Position numbers and translations under genes: made by a program
IMG/VR virus record: IMGVR_UViG_3300030328_002163
DNA from: an uncultured virus (IMG/VR IMGVR_UViG_3300030328_002163)
Lineage: Duplodnaviria; Heunggongvirae; Uroviricota; Caudoviricetes; Crassvirales
DNA length: 64,000 nt
Direction: 5' to 3' (one strand)
In this document: piece after piece, positions 31,255-38,593 of the stretch
Layout: each line of letters starts with the position of its first letter
Position numbering within the stretch: position 1 is the first letter of the stretch
The notes under the pieces: generated by a model
What the model was told of the DNA's origin: nothing
The model's database searches: none
Seen by the model: the letters and a program-made list of their open reading frames with translations, nothing else

Positions 31255-31419
31255 TTACTTTTTATTTTTCTTTTTGTTTTCTTTATCTAAAGCTTCAGCT
31301 CTAATTGCAATTCGATCAGCAACTTCTTGCGACCTATCTTTCCATGGAACAAATCCTAAAGAAGGAGCTTTTTGTTTTGATACTTTTTTATTAACTGGTT
31401 TGGAATTTTTCTTAGCCAT
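31255..31419 (-). CDS. 54 aa basic peptide
   Basis: MAKKNSKPVNKKVSKQKAPSLGFVPWKDR...; TTAAA leader. Confidence 0.55.
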   Translation of the reverse strand: MAKKNSKPVNKKVSKQKAPSLGFVPWKDRSQEVADRIAIRAEALDKENKKKNKK

Positions 31420-31435
31420 TAAATTTAATTTAAAT

Positions 31436-31618
31436 TTATTTCATACTGCATCCAAAGTTCTTTGCGTAGTTGGCCATTGCAACTACTTTCTTAGAGTGCT
31501 TTTTTTTATTCTTCATTACTGAAGATGCAGCACTACAAGCGTCTTTAAATCCATTATTCTTAGCCCATTTTGTAAATGCGCCTCGTCTAGATTTTTTTAT
31601 TTCAGGAAAAGCTGCCAT
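31436..31618 (-). CDS. Small basic protein
   Basis: MAAFPEIKKSRRGAFTKWAK... from ATG 31618, coupled to the upstream stop. Confidence 0.6.
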   Translation of the reverse strand: MAAFPEIKKSRRGAFTKWAKNNGFKDACSAASSVMKNKKKHSKKVVAMANYAKNFGCSMK

Positions 31619-31818
31619 TATTTTAAATGATCGTGCTTTTTCCAATCTGACGTATGTCTATAAGACATTCCTTTGTCCGCACCATATGCATGACCGTATA
31701 ATTTTTTAGACATAGCTTTTGACTCGTCTCTACGATCTTTCAATGATTGTTTGTGTGGTCCTTTGTGCCTTGCACCTAAAGACTCATCTAGTCTGGAATT
31801 GTAACCTTGTTTTTTCAT
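31618..31818 (-). CDS. Small basic protein
   Basis: 66 aa, QGYNSRLDESLG...RRDESKAM; promoter at 31839. Confidence 0.6.
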   Translation of the reverse strand: MKKQGYNSRLDESLGARHKGPHKQSLKDRRDESKAMSKKLYGHAYGADKGMSYRHTSDWKKHDHLK

Positions 31819-31838
31819 AATTTAAAAATTTATATATA

Positions 31839-31846
31839 CAAATATA
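31839..31846 (-). promoter_or_regulatory. Bacteroidota -7 element TATATTTG
   Basis: TAnnTTTG upstream of ATG 31818. Confidence 0.65.
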
Positions 31847-31854
31847 CTAATATT

Positions 31855-32196
31855 TTATTTATATTTTTTCTTCAACCTTCTAGCAATCCCCGCGGCTCTT
31901 TTGGCTGATATTTTTTTTGTTCTAATTGTTCTATTACCGTTTCTGGTTCTAGAAACATATTTAGTAAATTCACCATTGTTTTCACTAACCTGTTTAAATT
32001 TACTTTTTTCTCTAGTTTTATTTCCTTTAGTTTTTGTAGTAGTTTTTCTATACGAAACATTTGGCTTATTTCCATAAGCAGGTGTGTTAGAGGATTCAGA
32101 AACAGTTTTACTTTTCTTTTTCTTACCCATTTTTTGATTAGACTTAGTTGTAGAACGCACTCTAATATATTCAGGATCTTTTTTTTTGTTTGCCAT
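31855..32196 (-). CDS. Lys/Arg-rich protein
   Basis: 113 aa, highly basic. Confidence 0.6.
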   Translation of the reverse strand: MANKKKDPEYIRVRSTTKSNQKMGKKKKSKTVSESSNTPAYGNKPNVSYRKTTTKTKGNKTREKSKFKQVSENNGEFTKYVSRTRNGNRTIRTKKISAKRAAGIARRLKKKYK

Positions 32197-32237
32197 TATT
32201 TTTTATTTAACATTTCCAGTGTCTATGTGCCTTTATG

Positions 32238-32390
32238 TTAATAAGACTTCATGTTTTTCTCCATTCCATAACCTGGATTGTTTTTTACCTTACCCCCATG
32301 CATTTTAGCATAGTGGTGAGCTTGGGCTTTACCCAACGCGTTATATGGAAAGACTTTGTCTTTACCTTTTTTTAATTTTACTGTAGGCAT
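32238..32390 (-). CDS. 50 aa basic peptide
   Basis: MPTVKLKKGKDKVFPYNALGKAQAHHYAKMHGG... Confidence 0.55.
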   Translation of the reverse strand: MPTVKLKKGKDKVFPYNALGKAQAHHYAKMHGGKVKNNPGYGMEKNMKSY

Positions 32391-32415
32391 AATTATAAAT
32401 TTAAACTGTTAAACA

Positions 32416-32541
32416 CTATCTACCTTGTCCTCGATATGGTTTTTTATATGCAGTTTGACTGCGTGAAGCATTTTTACTATGAATCCCTGGGCGTTTCTTT
32501 TTCCCTTTAGAATAATAAACTGCAACTATATTTTTTGCCAC
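32416..32541 (-). CDS. 41 aa basic peptide ending YRGQGR
   Basis: GTG start; KKKRPGIHSKN...YKKPYRGQGR, a motif I recall from small phage proteins. Confidence 0.65.
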   Translation of the reverse strand: MAKNIVAVYYSKGKKKRPGIHSKNASRSQTAYKKPYRGQGR

Positions 32542-32544
32542 TTC

Positions 32545-32640
32545 TTAGATAATAACTCTTGTACTTTGTTTCTTTCCACTTGGTGGTTTAACTGCAACTT
32601 TTTTAGGAGCTACTTTTTTTACTGCTTTTTTCTTAGCCAT
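32545..32640 (-). CDS. 31 aa Lys/Ala/Pro-rich (H1-tail-like) peptide
   Basis: MAKKKAVKKVAPKKVAVKPPSGKKQSTRVII; TAnnTTTG elements at 32689-32696 and 32740-32747. Confidence 0.55.
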   Translation of the reverse strand: MAKKKAVKKVAPKKVAVKPPSGKKQSTRVII

Positions 32641-32761
32641 AATTTTAGTTATTAAGTTAATCTTTACTAAACAAGTAATGAAGAAACACAAAAATAGTGG
32701 TACACACTATTATAGCTATTATGATTTTCATTACATTTACAAATATAGTAACTTTAATTTA

Positions 32762-33244
32762 ATGAAATCTAAAGGCGTCTATCAACGGAAACCGACTTCA
32801 CGTATTACCCCGTCACACAATTACCTTAAATATTGGAGAGTTATTAGATATTGGGTAAAGGCTAAATACAAATTATCTACCCCTGATCTTGAGATGCTTC
32901 TGTTTTTATACAGTGAGGATATATTCAACAAAGAACAGTTTAAAAAATATGAAGAAGTGATGAGCTGGGAATATCCTAGGTTCGCCAGGCTCCTTCGTGA
33001 TGATTGGATTCATGTGTGGAGAAAGCGTGAGGGTAATAAGGCTACTCTTTATGAGCTTACTTACAAAGCAAAACGTATCATAACAATGATTTACAAGAAA
33101 CTTAATGGTGAAGAAATCGCTGAAACAGCTCATTCTAACCCGTTATTTAGAAATGATGCTAGTTACATGGATAAAGTATACAGAAATACAATTGTAGAAA
33201 TGAATGAGTTTATAAAACAACAACGACATCTCTCTCAAGAATAA
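32762..33244 (+). CDS. Winged-helix (MarR-like) DNA-binding protein (putative)
   Basis: LSTPDLEMLLFL...RFARLLRDDWIHVW...LYELTYKAK pattern; likely start ATG 32762; the only plus-strand gene in the late block. Confidence 0.5.
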   Translation: MKSKGVYQRKPTSRITPSHNYLKYWRVIRYWVKAKYKLSTPDLEMLLFLYSEDIFNKEQFKKYEEVMSWEYPRFARLLRDDWIHVWRKREGNKATLYELTYKAKRIITMIYKKLNGEEIAETAHSNPLFRNDASYMDKVYRNTIVEMNEFIKQQRHLSQE

Positions 33245-33467
33245 TAGTATATTGCTTGTCGTTTATGATCATTGTATATCCTGACATCTTATCGTAGTAT
33301 ATCAGATCCCCAGGTTTAATATCTTCTACATTAGTTCCAGGTTTTACTACTTTACCCTTCTTGTATCTAAAATCTTTTATATCATTAGCTGATAGTAGCA
33401 GTCCTGAGTCTGTTTTAATCTCTTCTTCTATTGTATCGATTATAATATACTTGTTTATTGGCCTCAT
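33210..33467 (-). CDS. groES: Co-chaperonin GroES
   Basis: MRPINKYIII...KTDSGLLL...GKVVKPG...IKPGD...ILERDVVVVL. Confidence 0.85.
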   Translation of the reverse strand: MRPINKYIIIDTIEEEIKTDSGLLLSANDIKDFRYKKGKVVKPGTNVEDIKPGDLIYYDKMSGYTMIINDKQYTIILERDVVVVL

Positions 33468-35062
33468 ACTCTTTTGTGTGTAATAATTGCATTAGTAGAT
33501 AAGATTGTTGTTGCTACTGACACTGCATTAACCAGTGCATTTTTAGTAACTTTCAAGGGATCAATAACTCCCATTTTATACATGTCGCCTGTTTTCTCGT
33601 TCTTCACATCATACCCATAGTTACCTCCCATCTTGTCAAACTTACCAACTATCTCCTTAACATCTTTCCCTGCATTTATAAGAATTTGATTTAATGGCAC
33701 TTGTATTGCATCAATTATTATCTCAGCTGCAACTTTATCACTTATAGTTTTCTCAAATGTTTTATATCCTAGTTCTTGTGCTGCTCGGTATAGTGCTAAC
33801 CCTCCTCCAGGAATAATGCCTTCTTGCAAGGCACTGCGCACCGCGCATACCGAGTCATCGACTCGGTCAAATTTTTCTTTTTGCTCCACGTCGCTATTAG
33901 CCCCCACATATATACACCCTATTGCACCGGCCAGACTAGCTATCCTTTCATTGATAAAGTCTTTATCGCTTTTAATTGTCATATTTTTCTGCTGTTCCTT
34001 CAGCTCGTTGATACGATCAAGGGTTGCATCGGTTAGGTTGGCCTCTTTAATAATCACACTAGAGTCTTTACCCACTATTATTTTGTCGACATGTCCCAAA
34101 TCATCCATAGATATAAGGCTCAGATCATCGCCAGTCTTCTCGCTGTATATTTTTGCTCCGACCGCGAATGCTATGTCTTGCATGAGCTCACTACTTTTGT
34201 ATCCAAACTGTGGAGGAGCTATTGTACATAGGTTCAAATTATTTCGCACCACGTTGGCCGCTAGTGTATTGACTACATTCTCCGAGCATGGAGCTATTAT
34301 TAACAACTTATCTCTATTTTGTATAATTGGTTTTAATACGTTTTCTATTTGGAGGATGTTATCTATACCAATATCACACACAAGCACCTTCACATCTTCA
34401 AGCACACACTCATCTTTACGGTGGTTGTTTAAGAACATAGGTGAGGAGTATCCCCTATCTACTTTTATCCCGTTAGTTACTTCAGCATATGTCTCATGGT
34501 TCTGAGATTTCTCTACCGTCACTATTCCATTAGTACCCACTTTGTTATATGCATCGGCTATTATCTTACCAATCTCCTTATCATTATTTGCAGATATTGT
34601 TGCTACATCGAGCAGTGTGTCCTTAGTAATTTTCTTAGAACCCTTTTCCAAAATACCAATAATCTGATCGCAGTATTTATTAATACTTTTAATAACCTCC
34701 GTGATATTATGGTTTTCTTTTAAGAGCCTTTGTCCCACATTAACAATCGCCTCGGTCAGTACTATTGCTGTTGTTGTGCCATCACCCGCTGAGTTAGCAG
34801 TTCTGGTAGCAGCATCCTTCATCATTTGTATTGCTAAATTTTCAATTGCATTGTCTAAGAATATTGACTTGGCTACAGTAACCCCATCCTTAGTTACGGT
34901 AATTCCCCCAGTGTGGTCGGGGGATTCAATGAGTACCGTCTGACCTCTCGGGCCTAGAGTGCTTTTAACTGCTTTAGATATTGCAGTAATTCCTTTTATT
35001 AATTGTGCTCTACCTTTCTCATCAAAGGTTAAGTCTTTTGGTATATATCCTAGTTTACTCAT
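33464..35062 (-). CDS. groEL: Chaperonin GroEL
   Basis: TLGPRG, VTKDGVTVAK, AGDGTTTA, VATISAN, GIIPGGG, GVIDPLKV. Confidence 0.95.
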   Translation of the reverse strand: MSKLGYIPKDLTFDEKGRAQLIKGITAISKAVKSTLGPRGQTVLIESPDHTGGITVTKDGVTVAKSIFLDNAIENLAIQMMKDAATRTANSAGDGTTTAIVLTEAIVNVGQRLLKENHNITEVIKSINKYCDQIIGILEKGSKKITKDTLLDVATISANNDKEIGKIIADAYNKVGTNGIVTVEKSQNHETYAEVTNGIKVDRGYSSPMFLNNHRKDECVLEDVKVLVCDIGIDNILQIENVLKPIIQNRDKLLIIAPCSENVVNTLAANVVRNNLNLCTIAPPQFGYKSSELMQDIAFAVGAKIYSEKTGDDLSLISMDDLGHVDKIIVGKDSSVIIKEANLTDATLDRINELKEQQKNMTIKSDKDFINERIASLAGAIGCIYVGANSDVEQKEKFDRVDDSVCAVRSALQEGIIPGGGLALYRAAQELGYKTFEKTISDKVAAEIIIDAIQVPLNQILINAGKDVKEIVGKFDKMGGNYGYDVKNEKTGDMYKMGVIDPLKVTKNALVNAVSVATTILSTNAIITHKRV

Positions 35063-35089
35063 TGAATTAAATTAAATTAAATTATAAAA

Positions 35090-35097
35090 CAAAGATA
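35090..35097 (-). promoter_or_regulatory. Bacteroidota -7 element TATCTTTG for groEL-groES
   Basis: TAnnTTTG upstream of ATG 35062. Confidence 0.7.
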
Positions 35098-35117
35098 GTA
35101 TAATTTGTTAAAATGCA

Positions 35118-35312
35118 AAATGTCGAATGACAAACTTATTGCTCACCTTACTCTCTATATATATTTTACTTTACTCTTCTTTTTTTTTATTTTTATAATA
35201 GTAATATTTTCGACATTATCGACATTAATAATAATTATAATAATAAAACTACTGAAAATCAGTTAGTTATGTTATGTCGATTTTATTTTTGTAATGACAC
35301 AGTTGTGTCAGT
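35118..35312. other. Putative replication origin A (YGACA repeats flanking AT-rich DNA)
   Basis: TGTCGAATGACA, tandem CGACATTA x2, TGTCG, TGACAC...GTGTCA around near-pure AT tracts. Confidence 0.45.
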
Positions 35313-35327
35313 TATTGTACACTAACC

Positions 35328-35358
35328 AAAAAAAAAGAGATTTATTTCTAAACCTCTT
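35328..35358 (-). terminator. Rho-independent terminator
   Basis: AGAGGTTTA-GAAA-TAAATCTCT followed by a T run on the minus strand, after ORF 35390..35584. Confidence 0.7.
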
Positions 35359-35389
35359 CATTTCACAAAAAGAAAACAGAAAAATATTT

Positions 35390-35584
35390 TTAAAAATTTA
35401 GTTCGTTAAATTTCTTTTTATCTTCCGCTAACTGTATAGCTTCTGCCATCAAATTAATCTTACGATCATTTTCAACTGCTCGTTTTGTAGCAGCTGCTTT
35501 TGCTATTCCAGTCATGCCATCACGCCTGTCATTTATAAGTCTTCCGTCCTTGACGTATAACCCATCGATGTAATCTTTTGCCAT
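35390..35584 (-). CDS. Hypothetical protein, monocistronic
   Basis: 64 aa with its own promoter (35605-35612) and terminator. Confidence 0.65.
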   Translation of the reverse strand: MAKDYIDGLYVKDGRLINDRRDGMTGIAKAAATKRAVENDRKINLMAEAIQLAEDKKKFNELNF

Positions 35585-35604
35585 AGTTATAAAATTTTAT
35601 CCTA

Positions 35605-35612
35605 CAAAGATA
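35605..35612 (-). promoter_or_regulatory. Bacteroidota -7 element TATCTTTG
   Basis: TAnnTTTG upstream of ATG 35584. Confidence 0.7.
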
Positions 35613-36106
35613 CGGAAAATATTTTTGAGTATTCAGATATATAGAGGTTGAGGGCTATACTACATCTTACACAACCCCACCCCAAAACGAAAACGACTTT
35701 TTTTTTCGATTCAAAAAATGTTTTTAAAAATTACAGATAGATTTTTTCAGAATTTTACCCTTCCATGTGGAGAGGGTAGCCTTGCAAGGTTCAGAACCTT
35801 TGAAGGTTCTTTGTCTGTTGTTCATTTTGGTGCATTCTCTTGCACTATCTCGAAGCCTTCCCTTTATTAAAGGTATTTAAAAGAGAAGAGAGAAGAGGAG
35901 CCTTCCCTTAACCCCTCACCGACTCCAATTATAACTAAACAAAACACACACAAACCAAAATAATAAAATCATAATTCAATATGATTTAATAATTGAAAAG
36001 AGAATTTAAAACATTTGAAACAAGTATTTAAATATATTTTCTTGAGGTAATTAAAAGAATTTAACAAATATTGATCAAATGTTAGTTATATATTAAATAA
36101 TTTTAT

Positions 36107-36114
36107 TATCTTAG
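36107..36114 (+). promoter_or_regulatory. Candidate early promoter -7 element (TATCTTAG, one mismatch)
   Basis: About 22 nt before the first early ATG (36136). Confidence 0.4.
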
Positions 36115-36135
36115 CTAAGAATTAAATTAACTACA

Positions 36136-36225
36136 ATGAAAAATAATACTTATGAAATGGAACTTGCAACCATTCAAAACAACTGCCAAGAATTAGAAAA
36201 CTTTATTAACAATTTAAATTTATAA
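36136..36225 (+). CDS. 29 aa first early peptide
   Basis: MKNNTYEMELATIQNNCQELENFINNLNL with AATTAACTACAATG leader. Confidence 0.45.
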   Translation: MKNNTYEMELATIQNNCQELENFINNLNL

Positions 36226-36227
36226 TC

Positions 36228-36497
36228 ATGTACAAAGTAACACAAATGACAAGCCAAAGAAGTGGCAACCCTATTGCAAATCAGTTTAAAATTAGTACTC
36301 CTAAAGGATTATTTTTTCAATCCTATAGTAGTATAATTGCTCTTATTGATAACAAAAATAATATCATCTTAGATGAGTATTACCATGACTATTCAAGAAC
36401 TACAAGCAAGTATTTAACTCAGTTTTTAGACATGAATACTCAAGAAAGAAGAAAGGCAATTAAAGGGGGTGAAATCAAACTTAAAAACCTTAACTAA
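36228..36497 (+). CDS. Early hypothetical protein
   Basis: ANQF...FQSYSSIIA...YSRTTSKY motif, recalled from phage early genes. Confidence 0.7.
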   Translation: MYKVTQMTSQRSGNPIANQFKISTPKGLFFQSYSSIIALIDNKNNIILDEYYHDYSRTTSKYLTQFLDMNTQERRKAIKGGEIKLKNLN

Positions 36498-36499
36498 GA

Positions 36500-36554
36500 G
36501 ATTAACTGAAGAGGATTTAATATCCGAAACACCTCTTTAAGAGGTGTCTTAATC
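36500..36554 (+). ncRNA. Type I hammerhead ribozyme 1
   Basis: GATTAA-CTGAAGA-GGAT(TTAAT)ATCC-GAAA-CACCTCT(TTA)AGAGGTG-TC-TTAATC; complete core, three perfect stems, GUC cleavage triplet. Confidence 0.92.
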
Positions 36555-36568
36555 AAAATGAATTAACT

Positions 36569-36772
36569 ATGGATAAAGAATTTAAAGCAAGGCAAAATGC
36601 TAAATTTAATCTACTCCTAAAAAGATTTGATGAGTGGATGAAAGATGGCAATGTTATGATTAGAAGTGATATCAAAGGAAGGTATTACTCTACTCAAGAT
36701 GCATTATATAAAAACAGAATAGAATCTAAAGCAGAACTATTAGACTATTTTGTAACTGAATTTAACTCTTAA
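36569..36772 (+). CDS. Early hypothetical protein
   Basis: 67 aa with AACTATG start. Confidence 0.65.
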   Translation: MDKEFKARQNAKFNLLLKRFDEWMKDGNVMIRSDIKGRYYSTQDALYKNRIESKAELLDYFVTEFNS

Positions 36773-36782
36773 AACTATAAAT

Positions 36783-37331
36783 ATGACTATTAAACAAAAA
36801 GTTTTTATATCTCTTAAGAAGAAGTATGAAACATCCTCATTTAAATTAGAGGATATTAGAAGAGAGATTTGGATTGCTCAAGGAAAGAATCCAAAGAAGT
36901 TTTACAATAAGCAAGGTTACTACATGGTAGCTATCAATGATTGGGTAGGTGATAGACTTTTAAATAGAAGTAAAAAGAACACTTATAAGATTACTTTTAT
37001 TGGTTGTTTATATGCTAAAAATCCAACCCACACAAACAGAGCATTAAGGAAGATTAGTGAAAGAAAAGAAGCAAGGATAAAACCTATTAATAACCATGAG
37101 GACAACTTCAAACATTTAGTTGGTAAACAAATTGTAAATGTTAGAAGACTAACTCCAAATGAGTGTGGTAAGTTAGGATGGAATAAATCTCCTCTTGTAT
37201 TGGAATTAGATGATAGTACTTGCTTAATTCCTCAAACAGATGATGAAGGAAATGATGGTGGAGCAATGCTACACTATGACTATAAACAAAGAGAAGGATA
37301 CATCAAAGAAGAGGTAATATATCATATATAG
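36783..37331 (+). CDS. Early hypothetical protein (two-domain)
   Basis: C-terminal LVGKQIVNVR...GW...DDEGNDGGA motif. Confidence 0.7.
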   Translation: MTIKQKVFISLKKKYETSSFKLEDIRREIWIAQGKNPKKFYNKQGYYMVAINDWVGDRLLNRSKKNTYKITFIGCLYAKNPTHTNRALRKISERKEARIKPINNHEDNFKHLVGKQIVNVRRLTPNECGKLGWNKSPLVLELDDSTCLIPQTDDEGNDGGAMLHYDYKQREGYIKEEVIYHI

Positions 37332-37376
37332 ATTAGTTTGGAACTTGGAGAGGTTCGACTCCTCTCCTAATCTCAA
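37330..37376 (+). ncRNA. Minimal tRNA-like element (acceptor-like stem plus T-arm, no anticodon arm)
   Basis: (A)GATTAG...GAGAGG-TTCGACT-CCTCTC-CTAATC(T); canonical T-loop; GG in the 11-nt linker. Confidence 0.6.
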
Positions 37377-37406
37377 TGCAATTGTGCAGATTATTAATTA
37401 ACTATT

Positions 37407-37757
37407 ATGGAACATAAAAAACACATGATTCTAAACCTTCTAAAACTCAAGATTAAATTTGAGGAAGATGAAGGTGCAGATGTTACATTTGAGACTAAAT
37501 ACTCAAGTGATGGCTACCCTCTTTTTATTGCTAATTATAACAATGATGAGCAAGGTGAAATGGGAGTAAAAATCTTTATGTATGAAGATAATTTCAACAT
37601 TGAAATGTATGACTACATAAGGGAAAGACTAAGTGAAGAAGACTTAAAATCAAAGACAATATCAGTATTGGCTTATGATGAAGAAGACTTTGATGAACTT
37701 ATAGATTGGAATGATTTCCACAAACAAGCAATTAAATACTTAAAAACAAATAAATAA
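37407..37757 (+). CDS. Acidic early hypothetical protein
   Basis: 116 aa, Asp/Glu-rich. Confidence 0.65.
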   Translation: MEHKKHMILNLLKLKIKFEEDEGADVTFETKYSSDGYPLFIANYNNDEQGEMGVKIFMYEDNFNIEMYDYIRERLSEEDLKSKTISVLAYDEEDFDELIDWNDFHKQAIKYLKTNK

Positions 37758-37758
37758 T

Positions 37759-37893
37759 ATGAATGATTTACTAAACTACATTGATTTCACTTCGATATGT
37801 GAAGACAACAATTTAACAAGTGGTGATATTACACCAACACAAACAAGTGAATTAGAAAAAATAATAACAGAATTTATTGAACAAAATAAATAA
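37759..37893 (+). CDS. 44 aa early peptide
   Basis: MNDLLNYIDFTSICEDNNLTSGDITPTQTSELEKIITEFIEQNK; tiles between genes. Confidence 0.6.
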   Translation: MNDLLNYIDFTSICEDNNLTSGDITPTQTSELEKIITEFIEQNK

Positions 37894-37895
37894 CT

Positions 37896-38015
37896 ATGAA
37901 CAAAAAAGAACTTATAGAAAAAATAGAATGGATTATTGAAGGAGCAGATGTTGGAGACAATATATTCCAAATAGTACAAGACATTAAAAAACTAATAAAA
38001 GAACAAAAACAATAA
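37896..38015 (+). CDS. 39 aa early peptide
   Basis: MNKKELIEKIEWIIEGADVGDNIFQIVQDIKKLIKEQKQ; TAACTATG start. Confidence 0.6.
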   Translation: MNKKELIEKIEWIIEGADVGDNIFQIVQDIKKLIKEQKQ

Positions 38016-38017
38016 TT

Positions 38018-38527
38018 ATGGGACAATATTTTAGAGTAATAAACAAAACAAAAAAAGAACTACTTAATCCTCATACTTTTGGCAGTGGGTTAAAAATAGG
38101 AGAGATTATAAGCAGTAGAGGAGAGATTCTGCAAGGACTTGTTTTGCTATTGGCAGAAGGACACATAGAGTACAAAGATTCAATTCCTCAACCATCTACC
38201 ATTATCGGTAGGTGGCAAGGAGATAAAATAACTATTTTAGGTGACTATGCTCAAGACAAAGAGGGTAATAACATTTGGAATACCATGTTAGACTCTAAAG
38301 GAGAATTAAAGAAGTCATGGAAAGATATTTCTGTTGAGACTTTTAAAACACTAATAGAGAACACCTCTGTAGGCAGTAGGAAAGCCGAACAAATAAGAAA
38401 GGGTGGCACAAAATGGATGTATAGTTGTGAGAAAGCACTTATGGAAGAACTATTCCCTAAGGAATGTACTGAAGGAGACTTAAGAGAGAAGTATGACTTT
38501 GTAGAGAAAGAACAATCTGAAGAGTAA
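38018..38527 (+). CDS. Early hypothetical protein
   Basis: MGQYF...GSGLKIGE...GRWQGDKITILGDY motif. Confidence 0.7.
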   Translation: MGQYFRVINKTKKELLNPHTFGSGLKIGEIISSRGEILQGLVLLLAEGHIEYKDSIPQPSTIIGRWQGDKITILGDYAQDKEGNNIWNTMLDSKGELKKSWKDISVETFKTLIENTSVGSRKAEQIRKGGTKWMYSCEKALMEELFPKECTEGDLREKYDFVEKEQSEE

Positions 38528-38573
38528 AGGTTTAAACACCTACGAAACTCCCATGTATTTGGGAGTCATTGTT
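38511..38573 (+). ncRNA. Type I hammerhead ribozyme 2
   Basis: AACAAT-CTGAAGA-GTA(AA)GGT(TTAAAC)ACCTAC-GAAA-CTCCCA(TGTATT)TGGGAG-TC-ATTGTT; complete core and GUC triplet. Confidence 0.9.
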
Positions 38574-38593
38574 TAACTAAAATTTAATCAAAT

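Noticed and set aside
33816..34505. 229 aa plus-strand ORF antisense to groEL, and similar shadow ORFs throughout
   Set aside because: Antisense shadows of real genes with no motifs or initiation signals
37330..37376. Bona fide tRNA gene
   Set aside because: No D stem or anticodon arm and only about 45 nt; kept as a tRNA-like element
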